DNA of 64,000 bases from an uncultured Acidobacteriota bacterium. GTDB lineage: Bacteria > Acidobacteriota > Thermoanaerobaculia > Gp7-AA8. Numbering within the stretch: position 1 is the stretch's first letter; every line of letters begins with the position of its first letter. Both the position numbers and the translations under genes were made by a program. The notes under the pieces are model-generated. The model saw only the letters and a program-made list of their open reading frames with translations, was not told the DNA's origin and searched no databases. Where the stretch lies: positions 416,001 through 480,000 of the forward strand of contig CAVUKB010000005.1 of NCBI GenBank assembly GCA_963741955.1, read 5' to 3'. Below are positions 17,146 through 26,485 of this stretch, one piece after another.

Positions 17146-19173
17146 ATGGAGCACCTCGCCGCCTTCGCCTTCGCCGTTCCTCTCGTCGTGGCCGGCCTCC
17201 TCGTGGCCGGATCGAGCCGGATCCCGCGCGTGGTGGTCGATCTCGCGACCCTCGGGACTGCGATCTTTTCGACGACGTGCTGCATCATTCTCTTCGTCGC
17301 GTCGAGAGGTGCGCCGCTCGTCTACTGGTTCGGCGAATGGACTCCGCGAGGTCGCGCCGCGATCGGAATCGACTTCGTGGTCGACTCGCTCGGAGCCGGC
17401 GTCGCCTCGGTTGCCGGACTCCTGGTCGTCTTCGCACTGATCTACTCGATCCGTTACTTCGACGAGGTGAAGGCGCTCTTCCACGCGCTGATGCTGATCT
17501 TCCTCGCGTCGATGACCGCGTTCTCCTTCGCGGGCGATCTCTTCAACATCTTCGTCTTCTTCGAGCTTATGAGCATCTCCGCCTTCGCTCTCACCGGCTA
17601 CAAGATCGAAGAGGACTCGCTGGAGGGAGCATTCAACTTCGGGATCACCAACAGCATCGCGGGCTTTCTCCTCCTCACCTCGATCGGCTATCTCTATGCC
17701 CGGACCGGAAGTCTGAATCTCGCCGGGATGGGCGATCGCCTCTCGCTATCCCCTCACGATCCCCTCGTCGCGATGGCGTTCGTGTTCGGCATCACCGCGC
17801 TCTTCATCAAGGGAGGCATCGTCCCGTTCCACTTCTGGGTCGCCGACGCTCACGCCGTCGCACCGATTCCGGTCTGCGTCGTTCTTTCCGGAATCCTCGA
17901 CCCTCTCTGGATCTACGGAGCGACGCAGTTCTACTGGACGCTCTTCAGTGGCCCTCTCGAGCCGTTGCAGCATCGCCTCCGAATCCTCTTCCTGATCCTC
18001 GGGCTTCTCACCGCCGTCGTCGGCGCTCTGATGTGCTCCACCCAACGTCATCTCAAACGGATGCTTGCATTCTCGTCGGTGAGTCACATGGGAACCGTGC
18101 TGGCAGGATTCGCGTTCTTCGGCCCCGCCGCTCTCGCCGGCGCCTTGCTCTATCTCGCCGGACACGCGTTCATCAAAGGGAGCCTCTTCTTCGGAACCGG
18201 GAACCTGATGAACCGCTTCGGCTCGGTGGACGAGATCGACCTCTACGGGCGGGGAAAGGAGATGCGGGGGACAGGTCTTCTCTTTGCGATCGGCGGCCTC
18301 GCTCTGGGCGGACTTCCGCCGTTCGGAATCTGGTTCGCGGACACCATCGTCGATCACGAGATGACGCTACACGGCTTCTGGTGGAGTGGCGTCGTTCTCG
18401 TCGCGGCAACGGCGCTCACCGGGGCGACCGTTCTCCGCGCCGGGGGTCACGTCTTTCTCGGGGCAGGAACCATCGAAGATCTGCAGAAAAAGGCACCGAC
18501 CGCCGACGAGAGAAAGGAGACGTCGGGATCGAGCGGGAGAACGCCCCTGGTGATGATCCTCCCGGTGCTCCTGACTCTTCTCGCCGCACTTCTTCCGGCC
18601 ACCATCCGGCCGGTACCGGCCGCGTTCCGTGAAGCCGCAGAGCACTTCGTCGATCGTTCCGAGTATGCGGCACTGGTCCTGGACGGACGAGTCCCCCCTC
18701 CTGCCGTCGAAGCGCAGCCACGAGGCGCAACGCAGATCGGCGATGCGGCGCTGCGCGGCCTTCTGGCGACAGGGCTGATGCTCGTGATGGCGACCTGGAT
18801 GCTCCTCCGCGCTCCGGCCGTTCGCCGGCCGCGCTCGCGCAATACCGCGGGCATCATCGTCCGGCCTCTGCGCAAATCGCTCGAGCTCCTCGGCCGTCTT
18901 CACAGCGGAAAGGTCGCCGACTACGTCGCCTGGATCGTGGTCGGAGTCGCGGTTCTCGGTCTCGTCCTGATCTTCCCGCCATGCGCCGCGTCCAGCCCGC
19001 GAGGTCCGAGAGGTTCAGACCTCGAAGGGCCGAGCGTGTCGTGCGTAGCGCCGGTATCGAGGCCCGGTCTTTCAATTCGCGCAAATGAAATCCTGATCAC
19101 CCGCAGTACGTCCGTCCATCCGATATCGTCGCGACGGAGACACCCGCCCGTCCACAGCAAATCGCGCAAATGA
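17146..19173 (+). CDS. MrpD/NuoL-M-like proton-translocating antiporter subunit
   Basis: DLFNIFVFFELM, IKGGIVPFHFW and KRMLAFSSVSHMG. The C-terminal tail runs into the downstream repeat array. Confidence 0.88.
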   Translation: MEHLAAFAFAVPLVVAGLLVAGSSRIPRVVVDLATLGTAIFSTTCCIILFVASRGAPLVYWFGEWTPRGRAAIGIDFVVDSLGAGVASVAGLLVVFALIYSIRYFDEVKALFHALMLIFLASMTAFSFAGDLFNIFVFFELMSISAFALTGYKIEEDSLEGAFNFGITNSIAGFLLLTSIGYLYARTGSLNLAGMGDRLSLSPHDPLVAMAFVFGITALFIKGGIVPFHFWVADAHAVAPIPVCVVLSGILDPLWIYGATQFYWTLFSGPLEPLQHRLRILFLILGLLTAVVGALMCSTQRHLKRMLAFSSVSHMGTVLAGFAFFGPAALAGALLYLAGHAFIKGSLFFGTGNLMNRFGSVDEIDLYGRGKEMRGTGLLFAIGGLALGGLPPFGIWFADTIVDHEMTLHGFWWSGVVLVAATALTGATVLRAGGHVFLGAGTIEDLQKKAPTADERKETSGSSGRTPLVMILPVLLTLLAALLPATIRPVPAAFREAAEHFVDRSEYAALVLDGRVPPPAVEAQPRGATQIGDAALRGLLATGLMLVMATWMLLRAPAVRRPRSRNTAGIIVRPLRKSLELLGRLHSGKVADYVAWIVVGVAVLGLVLIFPPCAASSPRGPRGSDLEGPSVSCVAPVSRPGLSIRANEILITRSTSVHPISSRRRHPPVHSKSRK

Positions 19174-20072
19174 AATCGCGTTCGCGCGCGGTCCGTCTCT
19201 CCACCACGAATCGTCCGCCGCGCAGGCTCTCGTCCATCCATGGCAAATCCGTCCCCCGCGCCTGACGGCGGGGCCTAACGAGATGAGGCCCTTCGCACTG
19301 TCCCGCCCCATGATCCCGAGAGCCGGTACTCCCGGTCTTTCAATTCGCGCAAATGAAATCCTGATCACGCGCAGTACGTCCGTCCATCCGATATCGCCGC
19401 GACGGAGACACCCGCCCGTCCACAGCAATTCGCGCAAATGAAATCGCGTTCGCGTCGGGCCATCTCTCCACCACGAATCGTCCGCCGCGCAGGCTCTCGT
19501 CCATCCATGGCAAATCCGTCCCCCGCGCCTGACGGCGGGGCCTAACGAGATGAGGCCCTTCGCACTGTCCCGCCCCATGATCCCGAGAGCCCGTACTCCC
19601 GGTCTTTCAAATCGCGCAAATGAAATCCTGATCACCCGCAGTACGTCCGTCCATCCGATATCGCCGCGACGGAGACACCCGCCCGTCCTCAGCAATTCGC
19701 GCAAATGAAATCGCGTTCGCGCGCGGTCCGTCTCTCCACCACGAATCGTCCGCCGCGCAGACTCTCGTCCATCCATGGCAAATCGGTCCCCCGCGCCTGA
19801 CGGCGGGGCCTAACGAGATGAGGCCCTTCGCACTGTCCCGCCCCATGATCCCGAGAGCCCGTACTCCCGGTCTTTCAAATCGCGCAAATGCAATCCTGAT
19901 CACGCGCAGTAAGTCCGTCCATCCGATATCGCCGCGACGGAGACACCCTCCCGTCCACAGCAATTCGCGCAAATGAAATCGCGTTCGCGCGCGGTCCATC
20001 TCTCCACCACGAATCGTCCGCCGCGCAGGCTCTCGTCCATCCATGGCAAATCCGTCCCCCCGCGCCTGACGG
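19063..20072. repeat. Tandem array of about 268-bp units (about 3.8 copies)
   Basis: Units start at 19063, 19331, 19598 and 19866. Each carries two copies of CAAWTCGCGCAAATGAAATC 85 bp apart and a CCCCGCGCC-TGAC-GGCGGGG hairpin. Confidence 0.92.
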
Positions 20073-20166
20073 AACGATCGCTCATTCGGGTGACGACAAA
20101 ACGGCCCATCGGGTTCATAGTGGAAAGATCGAATCTGCGGCAACGCACGACTCTCGAGGTGATCTC

Positions 20167-20697
20167 ATGCCCATACGTGGAGATCTGAAGAGCATGCACG
20201 TAGGCGAACTGCTCGTGTGGATCGGACAGTTTCACAAGAGCGGCATGCTCGAGCTCCGCACCGCTGAGGGAGTGCACTCACTGGCCTTCGAACAGGGAAA
20301 CCTGATCTTCTCCGCCTCGCCAACCGAGGAAGGAACTCTCGGCCGGCTCCTGATCGAGCGGGGCGCGGTGAGCGAAGAGGAATACCAGAACGCGAGGGAC
20401 GAGAGAGAGAGGCGATCCGTCGCCGTCGCGAAGATCCTTCGCGATCTCCAGCTCCTTTCGGAGGAAGATGCGATTCGATTCCTGAGGAAGAAGGCAGAGA
20501 AGGAGCTCTTCACTCTGCTCCAATGCACCGACGGCGAGTTCTGCTTCGACGAGTCGATCATGCCGCAGCTCGATCTGCTTCCTCTCAGGCTGGACCTCGA
20601 CGGCGTGCTTCTCCGGGTCACGCAACACATCGATGAAAAAGGTGAGTATGATTTCGACTCGTCCGGGATCCACGTACGGCTCCCGAAAGAGAGGTAA
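20167..20697 (+). CDS. DUF4388 (PatA-N-like) domain protein
   Basis: IRGDLKSMHVGELL..KSGMLEL..FEQGNLIFS..LGRLL..DGEFCF. Confidence 0.82.
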   Translation: MPIRGDLKSMHVGELLVWIGQFHKSGMLELRTAEGVHSLAFEQGNLIFSASPTEEGTLGRLLIERGAVSEEEYQNARDERERRSVAVAKILRDLQLLSEEDAIRFLRKKAEKELFTLLQCTDGEFCFDESIMPQLDLLPLRLDLDGVLLRVTQHIDEKGEYDFDSSGIHVRLPKER

Positions 20698-20702
20698 GCG
20701 TC

Positions 20703-21254
20703 ATGCACGGTCAGGACACGGTCCGCTCACTCAGCCACCGGTTCGTACGGTCGTGGAAAGGCCGAAGCGCGCTGTTCATCGCCGTGATCGGCGGTCTCTT
20801 GCTGACCTCGTGCGCCTCGACCGGCCGCCCCGGCACCGGCGACCTCTCGTTCCGGATCACGTGGACCGGCCGCGCCGATGTCGACCTCTACGTCGAGAGC
20901 CCTCTCCGCGAGCCGGTGAACTACGTCCAGAACCGCGCCGCCTCCGGCGGATGGCTGGACATCGACTGCAACGTCCACGGCGTCAGCATGTGCGGAACAC
21001 CGATGGAGAACGTCTTCTGGCCGCGCGGCCGCGCACCGAAGGGGACATATCGATTCTGGGTTCAGCTTTCGAATCCTGAAGGACTGACCCCCGACGATCG
21101 TTACACTCTCGAAGTCCGGCGGGGAGAGCGGGTGGTCTGGTCGACTCAGGGCCAGGTTGTGGATCTCCCGGCCCACGTGCCGAATTTCGAAGTGGAGTTC
21201 CCCTCCTTCACCGTCCAGCCAATCGAACCCGAACGTTCCTATCAGACGAACTGA
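20703..21254 (+). CDS. Lipoprotein with YfaP/DUF2135-like domain
   Basis: Lipobox LLTSC; ITWTGRADVDLYVESP, GGWLDID and ENVFWP..GTY. Confidence 0.7.
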   Translation: MHGQDTVRSLSHRFVRSWKGRSALFIAVIGGLLLTSCASTGRPGTGDLSFRITWTGRADVDLYVESPLREPVNYVQNRAASGGWLDIDCNVHGVSMCGTPMENVFWPRGRAPKGTYRFWVQLSNPEGLTPDDRYTLEVRRGERVVWSTQGQVVDLPAHVPNFEVEFPSFTVQPIEPERSYQTN

Positions 21255-21337
21255 AGCCGCTGCTCCGAAAATCTATCTTCACGGTCGAACGCCCTCGAAC
21301 GCGGTATCTCCACGACTCGCGCCGGCCTGAAGAACGC

Positions 21338-21811
21338 TCAATGACAGTGTTGTGCGGAGAGGTGGCCGGATGCGGTTTCTCCCGAACCGCTGCGGCACGT
21401 GAACGCGACGTCGGCGTGCAGATCGTGGATCTCGTTGACCTCCCAACCTGTCCGGCCGAGCGACACCGCGAGCTCGGAACAGTCTGACGCGGTGAATACG
21501 ACTCCAGGTTCTTCCGGCCGTCCCGCATCGAAAAGTCGCAGACGTGCCGCTCCCGATGGATCGAGAATGAACCGCGCAATCGTACCGTCCGCGTCGCCGA
21601 AATCGGCGCCGTAGAAAAACTCGTACTCTCCCGAGCGGCAGCTCACCGGCGCGAATTCCCGATCCCCCAGAGCCTTACCGTGCAGCGTCGCAGTGCCACT
21701 CACTTCCGGGTGCATGACGGCCGTCAATCCTCCCGTTCTGCATCCTCCGCCGAGGAGTGCGAGCGTGACCGCCAGCAGCAGAGCATTCGACCATTGCGAT
21801 CTCATCGTCAT
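21338..21811 (-). CDS. Hypothetical lipoprotein
   Basis: Signal peptide with LGGGC lipobox and four further Cys. Confidence 0.6.
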   Translation of the reverse strand: MTMRSQWSNALLLAVTLALLGGGCRTGGLTAVMHPEVSGTATLHGKALGDREFAPVSCRSGEYEFFYGADFGDADGTIARFILDPSGAARLRLFDAGRPEEPGVVFTASDCSELAVSLGRTGWEVNEIHDLHADVAFTCRSGSGETASGHLSAQHCH

Positions 21812-21895
21812 CGGACCGATTCACCCGAAATCCGGAAGATCTGCCGGATCAAGACGAGGAGCGCCGCACGGCAGGCGGCGTTCCTCACTCCAGGT

Positions 21896-23515
21896 TCACT
21901 TCTTCGCTCCGGCCTTCGTCAGCAGCTTCACGTTCTCGGTGCAGTTCATCGCTCCGGCCATCATCAGCGCCGACGCACCGCCTGCGGACTTCGCATTCGG
22001 GTTCGCGCCCGCGTCCAGAAGCGCTTTGACCAGATCCGTCATCCCACATCTCTGGGATGCCCAGATCAGAGGGGTCGATCCGTTCTCGTCCTTCGCATTC
22101 ACGTCTGCGCCCGCCTTGATCAGGAAGACCCCGAGCGCGGGATCCGAGAGCGTCGACGCCGCAAGCAGAGGCGTCGTCGCGTGATCGATCGAGCTCTTCG
22201 AGTTCACGCTCAGGCCGTAGTCCAGAAACGCCTGCGCCGCTTCGAAGTTTCCCTCGTGCGCACTCGCCACGAACTGATCCTCGGTGAGCTCCCGGTATCC
22301 GAGCTCGTCGAGCTTCGCGGCCGCGGCTTCCTTCTGTTCGGCCGAGACCACTCGCTGCGCCGCAGCCTTCTTCACCGGAGCGGCCTTCCCACCGAGGAGC
22401 GCAGCGACATCCGGATGATCGGACGACCATTTCGCGGCGGTCCGTCCCACCCGGTCCTTGATCTTCGGATCGGCGCCGGCTGCGAGAAGTCTCTGGACGA
22501 CGTCGGCGTAACCAGCCTTCGCAGCCTGCATGAGAGGCGTATAGCCATCGGGCTTCGAGCGGACATTCACGTCCGCCTTTGCCGCGATCAGCTTCGCGAC
22601 CGCGCCGTCGTGTCCTTCTTCGGCCGCCGCGAGAAGCGCCGTCTTCCCGTCATACGTGGTGCGGGCGTTGACGTCGGAGCCCGAAGCCAGGAGCGCTTCG
22701 ACCGCTGCGGTGATCGCGGACTCCTCGACGTGGAACGACTCCATCCTGCTCCGCGGGATCCCGGCCATCGCAATCAGTGCCGTCCGTCCGGTATTCGACT
22801 CCTTTGCCTTCACGTCGGCTCCGGCTTCGAGGAGGAGTCGCACCGATTCCGTCTCTCCCCCGTCCGCCGCGGCGATCAGAGGAGTGGTACCGTCGGCGTT
22901 CGGCGTATTCAGGTTCGCTTTGGCCGCGATCAGTACCGGTGTGGTGCTGCGTCCATACGAAGCGGAAAGAAACAGCGGCGTCTCGCCCTTCCCATTCGGC
23001 GCGTCGACCCTGGCGCCGGCGTCGAGGAGGACCTTCAGCCGTGCCGGCTGATCCGCGATCACCGCTTCGTGCACGATCGTATTGCCGTCTTCGTACACCG
23101 TTTCGAGGCTGGCTCCGGCGGCGACGAGCAGCGGCGTGGCGTTGGCTCCGATCTGCCCGCTGTGGATGTCCGCGAACAGCGGGGTCTTGCCGTCCTGGTC
23201 CGCCAGGTTGACGCTGGCCTTCGCCTTCAGAAGCATCGCGACGAGTTTCGCATTGTCATCGTCCGCGGCCTCGAGCAGCGGCGTCCGTCCGGACGAGTCG
23301 CGCGAGTCGGGGTCCATCCCGGCTTTCAGAAAGAGCTCGACCGCTTTTGCGTCACCACTGTCCGCGACGCTGACCATCTCCGCGGGAGTGAAGTCGTGTC
23401 CCATCTTCTGCAGTTTCTTGCGGGCGGATGCAGCCTCGTCGGCCAGCACCGCCGGGGCTCCGACGATGAATAGAGCGAGAACGAGCGCGCAAACGCGGGA
23501 CGTACGTGACGTCAT
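21896..23515 (-). CDS. Secreted ankyrin-repeat protein
   Basis: Signal peptide from ATG 23515 (GGAGG upstream) and many G-x-TPL/TAL...LL-x-AGA-x-VN repeats. Confidence 0.9.
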   Translation of the reverse strand: MTSRTSRVCALVLALFIVGAPAVLADEAASARKKLQKMGHDFTPAEMVSVADSGDAKAVELFLKAGMDPDSRDSSGRTPLLEAADDDNAKLVAMLLKAKASVNLADQDGKTPLFADIHSGQIGANATPLLVAAGASLETVYEDGNTIVHEAVIADQPARLKVLLDAGARVDAPNGKGETPLFLSASYGRSTTPVLIAAKANLNTPNADGTTPLIAAADGGETESVRLLLEAGADVKAKESNTGRTALIAMAGIPRSRMESFHVEESAITAAVEALLASGSDVNARTTYDGKTALLAAAEEGHDGAVAKLIAAKADVNVRSKPDGYTPLMQAAKAGYADVVQRLLAAGADPKIKDRVGRTAAKWSSDHPDVAALLGGKAAPVKKAAAQRVVSAEQKEAAAAKLDELGYRELTEDQFVASAHEGNFEAAQAFLDYGLSVNSKSSIDHATTPLLAASTLSDPALGVFLIKAGADVNAKDENGSTPLIWASQRCGMTDLVKALLDAGANPNAKSAGGASALMMAGAMNCTENVKLLTKAGAKK

Positions 23516-23685
23516 CCGGCACCTCCAGTTCGATTCCAGGGAATGCGAGAGCGTAAACCTGCGCCCGGCGTAAATCAATCGAAATTCACGAGCTGACCCC
23601 CACCACTCCCGAATTTCCGATGTTTCCGCTTCTCCAGCGCCGTACCACCCGGAGCGGGTGAGCCGGCGATCGGCCGCATTCCGCA

Positions 23686-23716
23686 TCCGCAGCAGAGACG
23701 ATGTGAGAAATGCGGG
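23686..23716. repeat. Solo right end of the 666-842 MITE family
   Basis: TCCGCAGCAGAGACGATGTGAGAAATGCGGG matches 812-842 with one mismatch and is followed by CTAG. Confidence 0.8.
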
Positions 23717-23720
23717 CTAG

Positions 23721-23879
23721 GAGTCTGCGCGATAGGAACGTCCGTCGCGAGAAAGCGAAGCAGCGAGGCCAAATTCGATCGGATTTGAGGTGCGTAGCGG
23801 TGGCTACTCGCCGAAAATCCGGACGAATTTGGACCGCTGATCCGCTTTCGCAGCAGGACAGTTTCTACCGCGCAGACTC
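23721..23879. mobile_element. 159-bp MITE carrying the ends of the IS1182 element at 51753-53343
   Basis: Left GAGTCTGCGCGATAGGA and right GTTTCTACCGCGCAGACTC are identical to the IS ends. Flanked by CTAG/CCAG. Confidence 0.85.
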
Positions 23880-24064
23880 CCAGGGAAGAACGGGCGAAGA
23901 GCCGCCGGGCGCAGGACCGCTATAATCGTCGCTGCCCGTCGCGGCGACACCCTTCGAACGAAACGGACTTCGTCGAACGATCGTGCCTGCCGCGGTCCAC
24001 CAACCAATGGGAACGCGGGGCCGGCCCCGGGCCGTCCGTGGCGCTCCCGGGAGAACGAAACGAA

Positions 24065-25732
24065 ATGAGACTTGCCGTCCGCCTCTTCTTCATCCTGTTC
24101 CTCTTGAGCCTTCCCTCCTTCGCACAACAGACCAAGCCGACGCGCCAGCGGGTCGAGAAAACTCCGCAGACGACCCGGTCGAAGCAACCCGCCGAGCAGT
24201 CTCCGCAAACCCGGCACTCGGAGCAAACCCCCGCACCGGAGTCGCACGTCTCCGCGATGCCGAATGCCGGGGGCCGCGATTTCCACTTCGACATGACCGA
24301 ACAGCCCCCGGTCGTGACGCATCACACCGCGACTGTCGGAGGAAAGACGATCCACTACACGGCCACCGCCGGCCGGCTCCCGATCAAGGATGCCGAGGGA
24401 AAGATCGAGGCGGAGATGTTTTTCGTCGCCTACACCCACGATGGAGCGGAGGCCGCCAGCCGGCCTCTCACGTTCGCCTTCAACGGGGGTCCCGGATCCG
24501 CATCGCTCTGGTTACACATGGGTGCGCTCGGCCCGCGCAAGGTCGCGCTGGAACCGGAGGGGTGGCTTCCACCTGCGCCATATCACCTGACGGACAATCC
24601 GTACACGCCTCTCGACGTCACGGACCTCGTGGTGGTCGACGCGATCGGCACCGGATACAGCCGCCCCGCGGATGCCGCAGCCGGAAAGAAGTTCTGGAAT
24701 CTTCCCGGAGACATCGAGTCGTTCGGGGAATTCATCCGCCTCTACATCAGCCGCTACGAGCGCTGGTCATCCCCTCTCTACCTCCTGGGCGAGAGCTACG
24801 GGACGACGCGTGCCGCGGGTATCTCGGGATACCTCACCGATCGCGGGATCAACTTCACCGGGATCATTCTCCTTTCCGAAGTGCTGAACTTCCAGACCCT
24901 GGAGTTCGCGAAGACGAACGACGTTCCGTACCCGCTGATCGTCCCGAGCTACACCATGATCGCGGCGTATCACGGAAAGCTCGCACCGGATCTGATGCAG
25001 GACCTCGCGAAGACGCGCGACGAAGTGACGCAGTGGGCGCTCGGACCGTATTGGGAAGCACTGAACAAAGGCGACGCGTTGACCCCGCAGGAGCGTGACG
25101 CCATCGCGACGCAGCTCGCGCGCTACACCGGTCTTACGAAGCAGATCGCCGATCTCGCGAACCTCCGCGTCGACGTCGGCACATTCACTCACTGGCTCCT
25201 CGCCGATCAGAAGCTGCGCGTCGGACGACTCGATGCGCGCTTCACCGGTCCGGATCCGAACGGCTGGATGGATACTCCGTTCTATGATCCGAGCGGCGGC
25301 GAGACCACCGCGCCGTTCACTTCGACGTTCTACGATTACGTCCGCCGCGACCTCGGCTACAAGGTCGACACGCCGTACTACACGTCCGCACGGCAGTCGG
25401 GGATGTTCAACTGGAGCTGGAACGCCCCGGCCGAAGGTCCGCGACGTCGCGGCGACGAGTCGGGCTATCCCGACACAGCATCGGCGCTCCGCGCCGCGAT
25501 GGTGAAGAACCATTGGCTGAAGGTCCTGGTGATGGAGGGCTACTACGATCTCGCCACGCCGTTCGCTGCCGCGAACTACACCATGAACCACCTCGATCTT
25601 CCTGCGGAGTACCGGAAGAACATCTCATATGCGACGTACGAGGCGGGACACATGGTGTATCTCCGGATGAAGTCTCTCGAGAAGTTCCACAGCGACGTCG
25701 CGAACTTCATCCACGCGACCAGCGGACAATAG
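24065..25732 (+). CDS. Secreted peptidase S10 (serine carboxypeptidase)
   Basis: Signal peptide; FNGGPGSAS, GTGYS, GESYG, GYYDLATP and YEAGHMVY. Confidence 0.93.
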   Translation: MRLAVRLFFILFLLSLPSFAQQTKPTRQRVEKTPQTTRSKQPAEQSPQTRHSEQTPAPESHVSAMPNAGGRDFHFDMTEQPPVVTHHTATVGGKTIHYTATAGRLPIKDAEGKIEAEMFFVAYTHDGAEAASRPLTFAFNGGPGSASLWLHMGALGPRKVALEPEGWLPPAPYHLTDNPYTPLDVTDLVVVDAIGTGYSRPADAAAGKKFWNLPGDIESFGEFIRLYISRYERWSSPLYLLGESYGTTRAAGISGYLTDRGINFTGIILLSEVLNFQTLEFAKTNDVPYPLIVPSYTMIAAYHGKLAPDLMQDLAKTRDEVTQWALGPYWEALNKGDALTPQERDAIATQLARYTGLTKQIADLANLRVDVGTFTHWLLADQKLRVGRLDARFTGPDPNGWMDTPFYDPSGGETTAPFTSTFYDYVRRDLGYKVDTPYYTSARQSGMFNWSWNAPAEGPRRRGDESGYPDTASALRAAMVKNHWLKVLVMEGYYDLATPFAAANYTMNHLDLPAEYRKNISYATYEAGHMVYLRMKSLEKFHSDVANFIHATSGQ

Positions 25733-25733
25733 T

Positions 25734-26452
25734 TCCGCGAAGCGGGTCGCGCGTTCCGCGGGTCGCGCGTCCTGTGGGTCGCGCGTCTCGCGCGAGGCTC
25801 CCCGGCATCCTGCCGGGGAGCGATGGCGGCAACGCCACGCAAAACGCGCATCTCGCGCCGCAGTCCGTTCGTCTCTCGACTCTCGGGACGATCCTCGTAT
25901 CTCGCACCAGGCAGGGCGGCGCGGGACGCCGCCCTGCATCGGGCGAGGACGCCCAACCCACGACTGTGGGTCGCGCGTCTCGCGCGAGGCTCCCCGGCAT
26001 CCTGCCGGGGAGCGATGGCGGCAACCAAACGCGGATCGCTCCTCTCGCGCCGCAGTCCGTTCGTCTCTCGACTCTCGGGACGATCCTTGTATCTCGCACC
26101 AGGCAGGGCGGCGCGGGACGCCGCCCTGCATCGGGCGAGGACGCCCAACCCACGACTGTGGGTCGCGCGTCTCGCGCGAGGCTCCCCGGCATCCTGCCGG
26201 GGAGCGATGGCGGCAACCAAACGCGGATCGCTCCTCTCGCGCCGCAGTCCGTTCGTCTCTCGACTCTCGGGACGATCCTCGTATCTCGCACCAGGCAGGG
26301 CGGCGCGGGACGCCGCCCTGCATCGGGCGAGGACGCCCAACCCACTGGGCATCGGGCGAGGACGCCCAACCCACTGGGCATCGGACGGGACGTCCAACCC
26401 ACGACTGTGGGTCGCGCGTCTCGCGCGAGGCTCCCCGGCATCCTGCCGGGGA
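25734..26452. repeat. REP/REPIN-like array, 192-bp units (left of IS)
   Basis: Units start at 25772, 25964, 26156 and 26405. Bounded by GTGGG/CCCAC with four internal hairpins. Confidence 0.92.
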
Positions 26453-26485
26453 CTGGAGTTTGGCGTTTCTCGAGCAAGGCGCGAG

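Noticed and set aside
16791-18632. 613-aa Arg-rich ORF
   Set aside because: Alternate-frame shadow of mrpC/D-like genes.
18921-20143. Repeated minus-strand ORFs (MDGREPARR...)
   Set aside because: Derived from the 268-bp repeat; frames shift between units.
21680-23473. 597-aa plus-strand ORF
   Set aside because: Antisense shadow of the ankyrin gene.
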